In this document: piece after piece, positions 48,012 through 59,016 of the stretch | Layout: each line of letters starts with the position of its first letter | Numbering within the stretch: the first letter of the stretch is position 1 | Source of the DNA: Nitrospiraceae bacterium | GTDB taxonomy: Bacteria > Nitrospirota > Thermodesulfovibrionia > UBA6902 | Assembly (NCBI GenBank): GCA_003599425.1 | Contig: QZKC01000052.1 | Span: 1-60,880, forward strand | DNA: 60,880 nt | Reading direction: 5' to 3' | Translations under genes and position numbers: made by a program | The notes under the pieces: model-generated | Told to the model about the DNA's origin: nothing | The model's database searches: none | The model's input: the letters and a program-made list of their open reading frames with translations, nothing else

Positions 48012-49067
48012 ATGGCTGCAACGACACAGGATTATTACGAGGTGCTCGGCGTTAAAAGGGAAGCCTCTCAGGATGAGATAAAGAAAACTTACCGCAGGCT
48101 TGCCCGGAAGTATCATCCCGACCTGAACCCCGGAGACAAGAATGCTGAGAAAAAGTTCAAGGAAATAAATGAGGCATACGAAGTACTGAGCGATTCTAAA
48201 AAGAGGTCAGAATATGACCAGTTTGGCAAAGCAGCGTTTGATGGCCAGCAGGGATTTGAAGGCTTCAGGTCCCAGAATTTTGATTTCGGCTTCGGCGGCC
48301 ATGAGGATATATTTTCAAATCTGTTCCGTAATTTCAGGCATGAGGAGATACCCGAAAAAGGCGCTGACCTCGTAACGTCGCTCGACATCTCTCTTGAAGA
48401 TGCGTTTGCTGGAATGACAAGGCCTATCACCCTCACAAAAGAGACCTCATGCAGAACCTGTTCCGGCACCGGGGCAGAAGATCTTCGTACATGTCCCCAG
48501 TGCAAAGGAGCCGGAACGCTTAAGCAGAGCAGGGGTGTTTTCAGGGTCAACCAGCCGTGTCCGGCCTGCCGGGGAACGGGAAAAACAATAACAAAGGCCT
48601 GCAAGGCCTGCAGAGGCAAAGGAAGTGTAGCTGCTTCTGAGACTATAAAAGTAAAGATCCCGCCCGGAGCAGATACAGGCAGCAGGATCAGGCTGAGAGG
48701 TATGGGGAACCCCGGCACAAGAGGCGGACCAACCGGAGATCTTTATATTGAATTAAGAGTGAAGCCTCACCCCCTGTTTAAACGGGAGGGCAACAACATT
48801 ATCACGGAAGTTCCGGTAACAGTTCCTGAGGCCGTACTCGGCGGCAAAATACAGGTGCCGACGCTTGAAGGAACAGTGACCATGACGCTCCCGCAGGGAA
48901 CAGACAGCGGGAAAAAATTCAGGCTGAAAGGCAAGGGCATCCCTGACAGGAAGACCGGGACACGGGGAGACGAGTATGCGGTCATAAAGATAGTTGTCCC
49001 CAAAACAGTAAGCGGCAAGACAAAAGAAGCCTTGCAGGAGCTGGAGAAAGCGTACAAGAATGCATGA
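48012..49067 (+). CDS. dnaJ: Chaperone DnaJ
   Basis: J domain HPD, G/F region, four CxxCxGxG repeats. Confidence 0.95.
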   Translation: MAATTQDYYEVLGVKREASQDEIKKTYRRLARKYHPDLNPGDKNAEKKFKEINEAYEVLSDSKKRSEYDQFGKAAFDGQQGFEGFRSQNFDFGFGGHEDIFSNLFRNFRHEEIPEKGADLVTSLDISLEDAFAGMTRPITLTKETSCRTCSGTGAEDLRTCPQCKGAGTLKQSRGVFRVNQPCPACRGTGKTITKACKACRGKGSVAASETIKVKIPPGADTGSRIRLRGMGNPGTRGGPTGDLYIELRVKPHPLFKREGNNIITEVPVTVPEAVLGGKIQVPTLEGTVTMTLPQGTDSGKKFRLKGKGIPDRKTGTRGDEYAVIKIVVPKTVSGKTKEALQELEKAYKNA

Positions 49068-49178
49068 TAACTCAATACATAAAAGGGAACTGAAATTTAA
49101 GGAGGTCTCAGCCCGAAGCAAATTCTACTTTGTGTCTTCGTGCCTTTGTGGCTCTGTACCGGTTATCTTGAGGTAATT

Positions 49179-49520
49179 ATGGAACATAAAAAACGTCCTC
49201 TGTTCATGATCGGTGTGGTATGTGAAATGTTTCACATTCATCCGCAAACACTTCGACTCTATGAAAGAGAGGGTTTCCTGCACCCGAAACGGGTAGGCGG
49301 GGCACGCTTGTATTCACCGGAAGACCTTGAACGGATAAAGACCATACTTAGCCTCACAAAGGACCTCGGGGTGAACAGGGCCGGTGTTGATATCATTCTC
49401 CGGATGAGACGGAGAATGGAAGTTCTGCAAAGAGAAATGGAAGAAATGATGGATCATCTGGAAAGAGATACAAGGAGCAGATTTCGCAAGCGGATGCAGA
49501 ATATGTTCGCTGAAGAGTGA
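49179..49520 (+). CDS. hspR: MerR-family heat-shock repressor HspR
   Basis: IHPQTLRLYEREG..RLYS..LGVNRAGV; GAGGT RBS; between dnaJ and clpB. Confidence 0.85.
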   Translation: MEHKKRPLFMIGVVCEMFHIHPQTLRLYEREGFLHPKRVGGARLYSPEDLERIKTILSLTKDLGVNRAGVDIILRMRRRMEVLQREMEEMMDHLERDTRSRFRKRMQNMFAEE

Positions 49521-49530
49521 TTGAACTATT

Positions 49531-49658
49531 AAATCGGCAAGCAAATACTATAATCCGTCATTCCCGCCTGTCGGGAATCTGGTAGCTTATCTTGCTGAAA
49601 ATTATAAAGATTCCGTACAAGCCGGAATGACAGCACTCAAGCATTTAAGTGCCGATTT
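49531..49658. repeat. Nested palindromic element (GTCATTCC..GGAATGAC type)
   Basis: Outer AAATCGGCA/TGCCGATTT; inner GTCATTCC/GGAATGAC; ATTCCC-N7-GGGAAT. Confidence 0.65.
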
Positions 49659-49689
49659 TATATATTGAAAAAATAGTTGGAGGATAACC

Positions 49690-52296
49690 ATGAGACAGGA
49701 CAAATTCACCATAAAAAGCCAGGAAGCGATAAATAAGGCTCAGGAGTTTGCACAGCAGAACGGCAACCAGCAAGTCGATGTCGAACACCTTCTTCATATA
49801 CTTCTCGAAGAAGGCATCACGCTGGAGATCATAAAGTCACTCGGCATCGATACTGCAAGGCTCCGGAAAGATCTGGAAGCAGAGATCGAGAAATTCCCCA
49901 AAGTCCTTGGCGCTTCGCCTGTGGGACAGCTTTATATTACTCAGGAGCTTAAGAATGTATTTGAAAGCGCATTCAGGGAAGCTGAGCACCTGAAGGATGA
50001 TTATGTCAGTGTAGAGCATCTGCTTCTCGGGATAATAAAGACCAGGAACCGTTCGGAGAAAATTCTCAAGCGCCTTGGAATCACAGATGATAAAGTCCTT
50101 GCCGCGATGCGGGAGATACGCGGGACGCAGAGGGTGACGGACCCGACGCCTGAAGACAAATATCAGGCATTGAAAAGATATGCGAGGGACCTCACAGATC
50201 TCGCGAAAAGAGGCAAACTTGATCCTGTCATCGGGAGGGATGAAGAAATAAGGAGAGTTATACAGGTGCTTTCAAGAAGGACCAAGAACAATCCCGTAGT
50301 GATCGGAGAGCCGGGGGTCGGCAAAACAGCAATTGCCGAAGGGCTTGCGCAGAGAATAACATCAGGCGATGTCCCGCAGAGCCTGAAAGAAAAGAAGGTC
50401 GTGGCCCTTGACATGGGCGCCCTCGTTGCCGGAGCAAAATTCAGAGGTGAATTCGAAGAAAGGCTCAAGGCAGTACTGAAAGAGGTCGAAGAGGCGCAGG
50501 GCAATGTAATCCTTTTTATCGACGAGCTTCACACAGTAGTGGGAGCCGGCGCAGCAGAAGGCGCCATAGACGCCTCCAATATGCTGAAACCAGCGCTTGC
50601 CAGGGGAGAGCTCAGGTGCGTAGGCGCGACGACGCTTTCTGAATACAGGAAACACATCGAAAAAGACCCTGCCCTCGAAAGGAGATTCCAGCCTGTTTAT
50701 ATTAAGGAGCCGAATGTTGAAGATACTATATCGATCCTCAGGGGCCTGAAAGAGCGTTACGAAGTCCATCACGGGGTAAAGATAAAAGATTCCGCTCTTG
50801 TGGCGGCCGCAGTCTTAAGCAACAGATATATATCCGACCGCTTTCTTCCTGACAAGGCTATAGACCTGATAGATGAATCAGCCTCGCGCCTGAAGATGGA
50901 GATCGACAGCATGCCCAGTGAACTCGACGAGCTCGAAAGGAAATTGAGGCAGTACGAGATAGAAAAGCAGGCAGTAAAGAAAGAGAAAGATGAGGCCTCA
51001 CAGGAAAGGCTTAAACGCATCAATGAAGAGATTGCGGAGCTCTCTGGAAAGCGTGATCTCCTGAAAGCGCAATGGCTGAGGGAGAAAGAGGCCATCGGAA
51101 GAATCAGCTCGATCAAAGAGGAGCTTGAGAAAACAAAGATCGAGACAGAAAAGGCGGAGAGAGAAGGCGATCTAAACAGGGCTGCCGAGCTGAAATACGG
51201 CAAACTCCTTTCCCTCCAGAAAAAACTTGAGGAGGAAAATATATCGCTCCTGAAACAGGGCAAGAACAGAATGCTGAAAGAAGAGGTCGATGAGGAAGAC
51301 GTAGCTGAGATCGTGTCCAAATGGACCGGCATACCCGTCAGCAAGATGCTTGAAGGAGAGATAGATAAACTCCTGAAAATGGAAGACCGGCTGAAGCTCC
51401 GGGTAGTCGGCCAGGAAGAAGCTATCAAGGCGGTCTCGGATGCGGTAAGAAGGGCGCGCGCTGGCATACAGGATCCCAACAAACCTATCGGCTCATTTAT
51501 TTTCCTGGGCCCTACAGGCGTCGGGAAAACAGAACTGGCGCGGGCGCTTGCAGAGTTCCTCTTTGATGACGAAGAGGCGATGATACGCATTGATATGTCT
51601 GAGTATCAGGAAAGGCATACTGTATCTCGTCTCATCGGCGCTCCTCCCGGCTACGTGGGCTATGAGGAAGGCGGCCAGTTGACAGAGGCCATCCGGAGAA
51701 GGCCGTATGCCGTGATACTCTTTGATGAAGTTGAAAAGGCCCATCCTGAGGTATTCAATGTGCTCCTGCAATTGCTTGACGACGGCAGGCTTACTGATGG
51801 ACACGGAAGGACAGTTGATTTCAGAAATACCGTAGTTATCATGACCTCCAATATCGGAAGCCAGCACATTCAAGAAATGCTCACAAAATGGACTGAGGAA
51901 GTGCAGATCCGCAAGGGTATTATGGAGGATCTGAAAAAATTCTTCAGGCCCGAGTTTCTCAACAGGGTTGACGAGATCATCATATTCCACGCGCTCACCA
52001 AGGAACTGCTGATTAAGATCGTTGATATCCAGATCAACAGGATGAAGCGGTATCTGAAGGACAGAAATGTGGATATTGTCCTGACCAACAGTGCAAAGGC
52101 ATATCTTGCGGAAGCTGGATACGACCAGGTTTATGGAGCGCGTCCTCTTAAGCGGGCGATACAGAAGGATATACTGACCCCTCTCGCTACAAAACTCCTT
52201 GACGGGACATTCAGGTCCGGAGATGTCATAGAAGCCGACATGGACGGAGACAGGCTGGTTTTCAGGAACAGGGTCGAGACAGAGATGAAGGTGTGA
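49690..52296 (+). CDS. clpB: ATP-dependent disaggregase ClpB
   Basis: Two AAA+ modules ([16 protein letters not shown]), M-domain coiled coil, GYVGY loop. Confidence 0.97.
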   Translation: MRQDKFTIKSQEAINKAQEFAQQNGNQQVDVEHLLHILLEEGITLEIIKSLGIDTARLRKDLEAEIEKFPKVLGASPVGQLYITQELKNVFESAFREAEHLKDDYVSVEHLLLGIIKTRNRSEKILKRLGITDDKVLAAMREIRGTQRVTDPTPEDKYQALKRYARDLTDLAKRGKLDPVIGRDEEIRRVIQVLSRRTKNNPVVIGEPGVGKTAIAEGLAQRITSGDVPQSLKEKKVVALDMGALVAGAKFRGEFEERLKAVLKEVEEAQGNVILFIDELHTVVGAGAAEGAIDASNMLKPALARGELRCVGATTLSEYRKHIEKDPALERRFQPVYIKEPNVEDTISILRGLKERYEVHHGVKIKDSALVAAAVLSNRYISDRFLPDKAIDLIDESASRLKMEIDSMPSELDELERKLRQYEIEKQAVKKEKDEASQERLKRINEEIAELSGKRDLLKAQWLREKEAIGRISSIKEELEKTKIETEKAEREGDLNRAAELKYGKLLSLQKKLEEENISLLKQGKNRMLKEEVDEEDVAEIVSKWTGIPVSKMLEGEIDKLLKMEDRLKLRVVGQEEAIKAVSDAVRRARAGIQDPNKPIGSFIFLGPTGVGKTELARALAEFLFDDEEAMIRIDMSEYQERHTVSRLIGAPPGYVGYEEGGQLTEAIRRRPYAVILFDEVEKAHPEVFNVLLQLLDDGRLTDGHGRTVDFRNTVVIMTSNIGSQHIQEMLTKWTEEVQIRKGIMEDLKKFFRPEFLNRVDEIIIFHALTKELLIKIVDIQINRMKRYLKDRNVDIVLTNSAKAYLAEAGYDQVYGARPLKRAIQKDILTPLATKLLDGTFRSGDVIEADMDGDRLVFRNRVETEMKV

Positions 52297-52561
52297 GGGA
52301 CAGCAGTCTTTCTCAACGCAAATACAAAGCAAGATATGAGGCGGAGACGCCTTCAAAATCTCTATAAAGCAACAAGTCAGTTTAAATCCACATGTCATTC
52401 ACTTTGCAAAAGACTATACCGGTCAAGGCGATAACTCTTGATCTTCAAAGGTGTTGCTGATAGAGCTTTTTCAGTCATCTCTGCCTCATACTATATGTTA
52501 TCAAATGCCTTTTTCTGGTCAGCATTGACATGCCTGTATGCCTGTTTTAAACTCAATGCAC

Positions 52562-53272
52562 ATGGACAAGTCCGCAAAAGATCCCGCAAAGATTCAGACG
52601 ATGTTTTCTACAATAGCGCCACGCTATGACCTCCTCAACAGAGTTCTGAGCCTGGGAATAGACGGCTACTGGAGAAAGTTTGCAGTAAGCCAGCTCCCAA
52701 AGGTCGGCAACGCCCGGTTCCTTGATGTTGCTACCGGCACATGCGACGTGGCGCTGGAGATAATGAAAAGGTTCCCGCCTGATGCAAAAGTGGTCGGGGT
52801 TGATTTCAGTGAAGGGATGCTTGAGCTTGGAAAGGAAAAAGTCCGGAAGGCCGGCTATCAAAACAGGATCGACATCCGCTTTGCTGATGTCACATCCCTT
52901 CCTTTTGAAGACAATACCTTTGATGCATCGATCATCGCATTCGGCATTCGGAATGTCCAGGATTACAGGAAGGGCATTTCAGAGATGGGCCGGGTCGTAA
53001 AGAGAGGCGGCAAGGTAGTGGTCCTTGAGTTCACGAGCATACAGAACAGGTTTTTCAGGGCGCCGTACCGTTTCTATATTACAAAAGTATTGCCGTATAT
53101 AGGCGAACTTATCTCAGGCAAAAAAGGCGCATATAAGTACCTTCCTTCGTCCATGATAGAATTCCCCGGGCCTGAAGAGTTCAAAAAAGTTATCCAGGCG
53201 GCCGGACTGCATGATGTGAGGTACTGGAAACTGACATTCGGCATCGCTGCGGTGCATGTCGGGACTAAATAA
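52562..53272 (+). CDS. ubiE: Demethylmenaquinone/ubiquinone C-methyltransferase (UbiE/MenG)
   Basis: YDLLNRVLSLG, LDVATGTCD, FGIRNV, YKYL. TTGACA-17-TAAACT promoter at 52525-52553 argues for a start at 52562. Confidence 0.92.
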   Translation: MDKSAKDPAKIQTMFSTIAPRYDLLNRVLSLGIDGYWRKFAVSQLPKVGNARFLDVATGTCDVALEIMKRFPPDAKVVGVDFSEGMLELGKEKVRKAGYQNRIDIRFADVTSLPFEDNTFDASIIAFGIRNVQDYRKGISEMGRVVKRGGKVVVLEFTSIQNRFFRAPYRFYITKVLPYIGELISGKKGAYKYLPSSMIEFPGPEEFKKVIQAAGLHDVRYWKLTFGIAAVHVGTK

Positions 53273-53277
53273 AGAAC

Positions 53278-53475
53278 ATCCGCAGATTACACAGATTAAC
53301 ACAGATTTCTTTAGTAAAGTTGAATCACATGGGAAAGTTGTCATTACGAGGAACGTAGCGACAAAGTAATCTCCAGAGATTGCTTCGCCTTCGGCTTGCA
53401 ATGACAATATGGATGTCAACTTATATGACTATTACTATAAATCTGTATCTCTGATAATCTGCGACATCTGTGGAT
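53278..53475. repeat. Inverted CACAGATT arrays enclosing a GTCATTGCGAG-type palindrome
   Basis: CGCAGATTA CACAGATTA ACACAGATT ... ATCTGCGACATCTGTGGAT; inner TTGTCATTACGAG..CTTGCAATGACAA at 53338-53407. Confidence 0.7.
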
Positions 53476-53492
53476 CAATATTTTTAAGACTT

Positions 53493-54149
53493 ATGAAAGC
53501 TGATGACCTGTTTAAAAAGGGACTCAACGAGCTGAATATCCCCTGTTACCCGGAACAGATCCGCGCCTTCATGACATTCCTCTCTGAGCTTAAAAAATGG
53601 AACGGGGCCTACAACCTCACTGCCCTTAAAACTGATGAAGATATTGTCATTAAGCACTTCCTCGATTCTCTTTTATATCTGAGGACCCTGCCCGCAGGAA
53701 CCTTAAAACTTGTTGATGCCGGAACCGGCGCGGGGTTTCCGGGAATACCGATAAAGATCATTATGCCTGGGATCGACCTTACACTCATCGAATCATCAAA
53801 GAAAAAAGCAGCCTTCCTCAGGCATATTATCAGGTCACTAAAATTGTCCAGCGTTACTGTGCTCGAACAGAGGCTTGAAAGTTTGGGCAAAGAATATGAA
53901 AGTACTTTTGATGTGATAGTATCACGTGCCACCTTCAGCATAAAAGAATTTCTCAAACTTGCAGGTCCCTATATAAAGGAGGGCGGCATACTCGTATTGA
54001 ATAAAGGACCGAAGGCAGCAAAAGAGATCAGGGATTCGGGTGCTGAAAATGCAGTCAGGGATATTCTCCATGTGCGCCTTCCGTTTACCCATGCAGAAAG
54101 ACAGCTCCTTGTGCTTGAGTGTAAAAACAGGCCGTATGGTAAAATGTAG
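53493..54149 (+). CDS. rsmG: 16S rRNA m7G527 methyltransferase
   Basis: WNGAYNLTA, HFLDSL, DAGTGAGFPGIP, KKAAFL, SRA. Confidence 0.93.
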   Translation: MKADDLFKKGLNELNIPCYPEQIRAFMTFLSELKKWNGAYNLTALKTDEDIVIKHFLDSLLYLRTLPAGTLKLVDAGTGAGFPGIPIKIIMPGIDLTLIESSKKKAAFLRHIIRSLKLSSVTVLEQRLESLGKEYESTFDVIVSRATFSIKEFLKLAGPYIKEGGILVLNKGPKAAKEIRDSGAENAVRDILHVRLPFTHAERQLLVLECKNRPYGKM

Positions 54150-54151
54150 CA

Positions 54152-54781
54152 ATGAAGCGTCAGGCTCCCACGTTGACCCAGGACAAAAAACCAACCTTTA
54201 TTGTTGCGGTCTCAGGCGCGAGCGGTTCCATATACGGCGTCAGGCTGGTGGAAGAACTTCTCAAGTCACAATACAATGTTCATCTCTGCATTTCCACCAC
54301 TGCTTTTTCCATCATCAGGGTTGAGACCGGCATCGAGCTTGAAGGCACGACCGTGGCTGAATCAGCACGGAAGATACAGAGCCACTTTTCGAGCAGGAAT
54401 ATCAGGTACCATAGCGAGCATAATCTTGCGGCTCCGGTCTCAAGCGGCTCCTTCATGACAGACGGCATGTTTGTTGTTCCCTGCTCCATGAAAACACTTT
54501 CAGGGATCGCCAACGGTTACGCGAATAACCTTATTGAACGGGCAGCGGATGTAATTCTTAAAGAGGGAAGAAGGCTGATACTGGCGCCCCGGGAGATGCC
54601 TTTTAATTCAATTCACCTTGAGAACATGCTGAAGCTTTCCCGCCTGGGAGTGACCATTGCCCCGCCTGTCCCGGCATTCTATCAAAAGCCAAAAGACATA
54701 CATGACATCGTAGATTTTGTCGTAGGGAAGATCCTTGACAGCGCAGGTATCCAGCATGATCTTTTCAAACGCTGGGAATAG
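54152..54781 (+). CDS. ubiX: Flavin prenyltransferase
   Basis: SGASG, SSGS, PCSMKTL, RAADVILKE, REMP, PAFY. Confidence 0.95.
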   Translation: MKRQAPTLTQDKKPTFIVAVSGASGSIYGVRLVEELLKSQYNVHLCISTTAFSIIRVETGIELEGTTVAESARKIQSHFSSRNIRYHSEHNLAAPVSSGSFMTDGMFVVPCSMKTLSGIANGYANNLIERAADVILKEGRRLILAPREMPFNSIHLENMLKLSRLGVTIAPPVPAFYQKPKDIHDIVDFVVGKILDSAGIQHDLFKRWE

Positions 54782-54783
54782 AT

Positions 54784-55836
54784 CTAATCCGGATGGTATT
54801 CGAAAATATCCTTGAATGTCGGGGCCAGTTGATTGAATGCATTTAAAACCCTGGAGTCAAAATGCCCAGGAAGCGTCCTTCCGTCACCCTCTGTTATTAT
54901 CCTGACTACCTCTTCATGCCATAGTGCAGGCTTGTACGGCCTTTTGCTCATCAATGCGTCATACTGATCACAAATGATCACAACCCTTCCCTCTATCGGG
55001 ATATCTTTCCCTTTCAGTTTTCTCGGGTAACCGGTGCCGTCCCAACGTTCATGGTGGCTGAGCGCAACAGACGCAGCCATCTGCAGGACATGATGAGAAG
55101 ACCCTTGTAATATATGATGCCCTATCGTGGTATGGGCCTTCATGATCTCAAATTCTTCGGGGGTAAAAGCTCCCGGTTTAAGGAGCACTTTGTCCGGTAT
55201 CCCGATCTTCCCGATGTCGTGGAGGGAAGCTGCGTAGGTTATGGCATCAACAAACTCGATAGGCATATTGAGGAATTCAGCGATCTTGTTTGCATACAGC
55301 CCCATTCTGGAAACATGCGCTCCGCCGCAGGTGTCCCTGAATTCCGCGACCGCGGTCAGGCGCTTTATGACCTCCCTGCTCAGGGTAAATATTTGCTGGG
55401 TCTGCTTTCTTACGGTTTCTTCAAGCCTGTGTTTATAGTCTTCCTCAAGGCGCAGCAGTTCAGTGTATCTTTTCGCCTTCTCTATTGTATGAAGGATATA
55501 CTCAGGATTATAGGGTTTTGTAACAAAATCAAAAGCGCCCTTCTTTACAGCATTGATGGCCATTTCAAGCTCAGCATAACCAGTCATCAGGATTACCGGC
55601 ATCTGGGGCTTTATGTCGTGAATCTTTGCAAGCAGTTCGATCCCCGATATTCCCGGCATTTTTATATCGGTCAATACCAGGCTGACATTGCTTCCCAATA
55701 GCCTGGAAATCGCTTCCTCGCCGGATTTGCAGGCTATAACTTCAAAGCCATATTCCCTGAGCAGATTTGAGACTGCTTCAAGTACGTACGGGTCATCGTC
55801 GACAACAAGAATAGAGTTGCTGTCTTCCAGTCTCAT
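54784..55836 (-). CDS. REC-HD-GYP phosphodiesterase (RpfG family)
   Basis: REC domain; HDIGK; HHERWDGTGYP; RPYK. Confidence 0.93.
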   Translation of the reverse strand: MRLEDSNSILVVDDDPYVLEAVSNLLREYGFEVIACKSGEEAISRLLGSNVSLVLTDIKMPGISGIELLAKIHDIKPQMPVILMTGYAELEMAINAVKKGAFDFVTKPYNPEYILHTIEKAKRYTELLRLEEDYKHRLEETVRKQTQQIFTLSREVIKRLTAVAEFRDTCGGAHVSRMGLYANKIAEFLNMPIEFVDAITYAASLHDIGKIGIPDKVLLKPGAFTPEEFEIMKAHTTIGHHILQGSSHHVLQMAASVALSHHERWDGTGYPRKLKGKDIPIEGRVVIICDQYDALMSKRPYKPALWHEEVVRIITEGDGRTLPGHFDSRVLNAFNQLAPTFKDIFEYHPD

Positions 55837-58697
55837 GTATCCAGCACCTTTCTGATTTGTTTTATAAGTTCTTCCGGATGAACAGGTTTTGCTATGAAGT
55901 TTAATTCGTCAACCAGTATCATTTTTGCCTGCTGAATGTTCCAGGCGTACCCGCTTGTAAAGATCGCCTTTTGATCTGGGGATATCTTCTTTATTTCTTC
56001 ATAGGCTTCAAGTCCGCTCTTTTTCGGCATCGCCACATCAAAAAGGAGGAGATGTATCCTGTGCTTGCTGTTTTTAAACTTTTCTATGGCATCCTCACCG
56101 TCAACGGCCTCGAGGACTGAGAAGCCGAATTCCTGGAGTATTGTCTTCACGGCATTTCTTACATCAGGTTCATCCTCGGCAAGCAGAATGGTCTCTGTTC
56201 CTCCTGCTGGCTCAGACGCTTCAGCATGGCTGGCTGCTTCTACCGATCTTGTGCTTACCGGGAAATATACGTTGAATGTCGTACCGTTGCCGAGTTCGCT
56301 GAAAACCAGTATAAAACCGTTATGCTGCCTTATAATACCATATATCATCGCAAGGCCAAGGCCCGTCCCTTTTCCCACCTCTTTGGTCGTGAAAAAAGGC
56401 TCAAAGATCCTCTCTATCGTCTCTTCATCCATGCCGGTGCCTGTGTCGCTTACTGACAGGAGCGCATATGTTCCGGGCACCCCATGTCCATATGCTTCAA
56501 TGAATGCGTTGTCTATTTCAACACGTTCTGTTGATATGGAGAAAACCCCTCCCCGGGGCATCGCGTCACGCGCGTTTGATGCGAGATTCATCATTACCTG
56601 TTCGAGCTGGATACTGTCTGCCATAATAACAAGGTCTTGTTCTGCAAGATTTTTCCTTATCTCTATTCTTTCACCGAGCAGCCGCGGCAGAAGCTTGAGA
56701 GTGTTCTCGATCATCGTAAAGAGGTGTAAGGGTTTCAGCTCGATGATCTGTTTCCTGCTGAAGGCGAGGAGGTCCCGTATCAGGCTTGCTCCCCGTTCTG
56801 TTATACCGAGTATCTGATTGACGATGTGCGTCAGATTCTCATTGTCCTTCAGTTTTATCTTCAGGAGATTTCCGTATCCGATCAGGGCAGTAAGCATATT
56901 GTTGAAGTCATGGGCGATTCCGCCTGCAAGCTGGCCTATCGCCTCCATTCTCTGTGCGTGGATAAGCTGGTCTTCGAGCTTTTTACGCTCGGAAATATCT
57001 CTGACAATGCTCAGATTAAAAAGCTTGCCGCCGATATCAACCATTGAGGCATTGACTTCAATCGGAACAATCTTTCCGTCTTTTCTTTTGTGATGAAGCC
57101 CGGTTATATTATTGCTGAAACCTTTCTCTGCAACTTCCCTGAATATTGCAGGGAGAATTGCCCACTCCTGTTCTGGATGAAGATCTTTGGCTGTCATCTT
57201 TTTCAGCTCTCCAACAGCATAGCAATCCATTTCCGCTGACTTTGTATTGCAATCAACAATACGGGTTGTCTCAGGGTTGATCAGATATATGGCATCATTT
57301 GCATTTTCAAAAAGCATGCGGTATTTTGTTTCACTTTCATTCAATTTTTTTTCATACTTCCTGCGTTCCAGTTCTGCTGCGGAACGGGATGCCAGTACAC
57401 TGAGCAACGACTCTGCAAATTTTGCGTCCGCCAATGGTTTACTGTCCAGCGCAACCAGTATGCCGATGGGATGTTTTCCTGAATCAAAAAGAGGCGTGCC
57501 TATGTAGCTTTCTATTTCCATATCTGTCAGCATGTGGTCTTCCGGGAACTGCTGCTGCACATTGCTGGGAAAAGTGCACGGGCTTTTTCCGACAACATGT
57601 TCGCAGGGCGTATGGGCCAGATCATACTCAAAATTGTCGGTTATCTGTTCCGACGCAAACACCGCTATCGTTTTAACAGTATTAGTCTTCTCCGTGCTTA
57701 ATTCACCTATAAAGGCGTACTCTGTCCCCAATGTTTGCGCAAGGAATGTCACCAGCGAGTGGAAAAAGGCTTCTCCTGTTTCCGCTGATAACTCTTCAGC
57801 AATATGTCTGAGTATTTCCTCATATTTTTTTTGCTCGGAAATATCCTCAAAAACCGCAATGCCGCCTGTTACATATCCTTCGTTTGCAAACATGCAGGAG
57901 AAACGGGCTCTCAGCGGGGTGAGTTTGTTGCCGAGAACAGAAAGATAGTTGCCTTCATAATACCCTGTATGTCCTGACAGACAGCTTTCAACTGCGGCTT
58001 TCATCTTCTCATCTTTCAATGATGTGCGCATATTAAAGCCGGCTATCCTGCTTTTGGGAGCGCCTATAATTGCTGCAAAAGCGTCATTGCATGCAGTTGC
58101 TGTCCCGTCTTTGTCAAAATGAAGGATGCCAAGGGGAGAGTTTTCAAAGATCATACGGTGTTTTTCTTCTGACTTTCTGAGCGCGGCGTCTTTTTCGAGA
58201 AGCTCTTTCTGTTTAGCCTCAAGCTCATCAACCTTGGCGCTCAGTTTCCTTGAAAGGCTGTGATCATACATCCTGCTCAGTTCAGTTTCATCTTCAACAG
58301 GGAGCGCCGGTTCCCTGAATCTGTCCTCCCTGTATTCGGCGACAATAGAGCTAATTGTTTTCAGGAATGCATCAATGTCAATGGGTTTTTTTATGAAACA
58401 TGAAGCTCCAAGGGCTAAGCCAAGTTTCTCATCCTCAGGCTCAATATATGCAGCAGTATAAAAAATAAATGGGATGTCCCTGAGATGTTTATTTTTTTTC
58501 ACTTCCCGGCAGAGTTTGAACCCGTCCATTTCGGGCATGAGGATGTCGGAAATAAGAATGTCAGGGCGCGATGTGCGGATTATCCCGAGGGCCTCGATGC
58601 CATTGGATGCTTCTTCGACCATATAGCCCGCTGATTCAAGCATCCTTTTAAGTGCCCGTCTGGAATCCAGGCTGTCATCTACAATAAGGATACGCAT
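55833..58697 (-). CDS. Hybrid histidine kinase REC-PAS-GAF-PAS-HisKA-HATPase-REC
   Basis: N- and C-terminal REC domains; AHDFNN; NARDAMP; 4-nt overlap with the HD-GYP gene. Confidence 0.94.
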   Translation of the reverse strand: MRILIVDDSLDSRRALKRMLESAGYMVEEASNGIEALGIIRTSRPDILISDILMPEMDGFKLCREVKKNKHLRDIPFIFYTAAYIEPEDEKLGLALGASCFIKKPIDIDAFLKTISSIVAEYREDRFREPALPVEDETELSRMYDHSLSRKLSAKVDELEAKQKELLEKDAALRKSEEKHRMIFENSPLGILHFDKDGTATACNDAFAAIIGAPKSRIAGFNMRTSLKDEKMKAAVESCLSGHTGYYEGNYLSVLGNKLTPLRARFSCMFANEGYVTGGIAVFEDISEQKKYEEILRHIAEELSAETGEAFFHSLVTFLAQTLGTEYAFIGELSTEKTNTVKTIAVFASEQITDNFEYDLAHTPCEHVVGKSPCTFPSNVQQQFPEDHMLTDMEIESYIGTPLFDSGKHPIGILVALDSKPLADAKFAESLLSVLASRSAAELERRKYEKKLNESETKYRMLFENANDAIYLINPETTRIVDCNTKSAEMDCYAVGELKKMTAKDLHPEQEWAILPAIFREVAEKGFSNNITGLHHKRKDGKIVPIEVNASMVDIGGKLFNLSIVRDISERKKLEDQLIHAQRMEAIGQLAGGIAHDFNNMLTALIGYGNLLKIKLKDNENLTHIVNQILGITERGASLIRDLLAFSRKQIIELKPLHLFTMIENTLKLLPRLLGERIEIRKNLAEQDLVIMADSIQLEQVMMNLASNARDAMPRGGVFSISTERVEIDNAFIEAYGHGVPGTYALLSVSDTGTGMDEETIERIFEPFFTTKEVGKGTGLGLAMIYGIIRQHNGFILVFSELGNGTTFNVYFPVSTRSVEAASHAEASEPAGGTETILLAEDEPDVRNAVKTILQEFGFSVLEAVDGEDAIEKFKNSKHRIHLLLFDVAMPKKSGLEAYEEIKKISPDQKAIFTSGYAWNIQQAKMILVDELNFIAKPVHPEELIKQIRKVLDT

Positions 58698-58952
58698 CTT
58701 TTTCTCTAAATAAAATAAAAAGCACTATCTGAATTAAGTATTTTTCTGTTATCCTGACTATTCATTAACCCGGACAATTCATGTATCCCCCGGCTCATGT
58801 TATTCCCTTTTCCTGACGATATTATTGTACATTATTGGCCATATTCTCTGCCGTACCAATTTGTTACACCTCCCCGGCCAGTTAGTTTCATCACTTGTTA
58901 AAAAGCATATGACTTGGATATAATGACAATCCATTTGCTCAAAAAGCAGGTG

Positions 58953-59004
58953 TTCACGGATTGCACAGGTTTATTGATCTGTGTAATCTGCGTAATCTGT
59001 GGAA
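58953..59004. repeat. Inverted CACAGATT-type nonamer arrays
   Basis: TTCACGGATTGCACAGGTT ... ATCTGTGTAATCTGCGTAATCTGTGGAA. Confidence 0.6.
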
Positions 59005-59016
59005 AACGAGGGAACC

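Noticed and set aside
50769-52398. 273-aa and 301-aa minus-strand ORFs
   Set aside because: Antisense shadows of clpB.
56065-56817. 250-aa ORF, and similar ones at 34301-34978 and 48113-48718
   Set aside because: Antisense to well-supported kinase or dnaJ genes; no recognisable motifs.
58698-58950. Short RBS-preceded minus-strand ORFs upstream of the hybrid kinase
   Set aside because: Under 31 codons with no recognisable similarity; cannot be supported.
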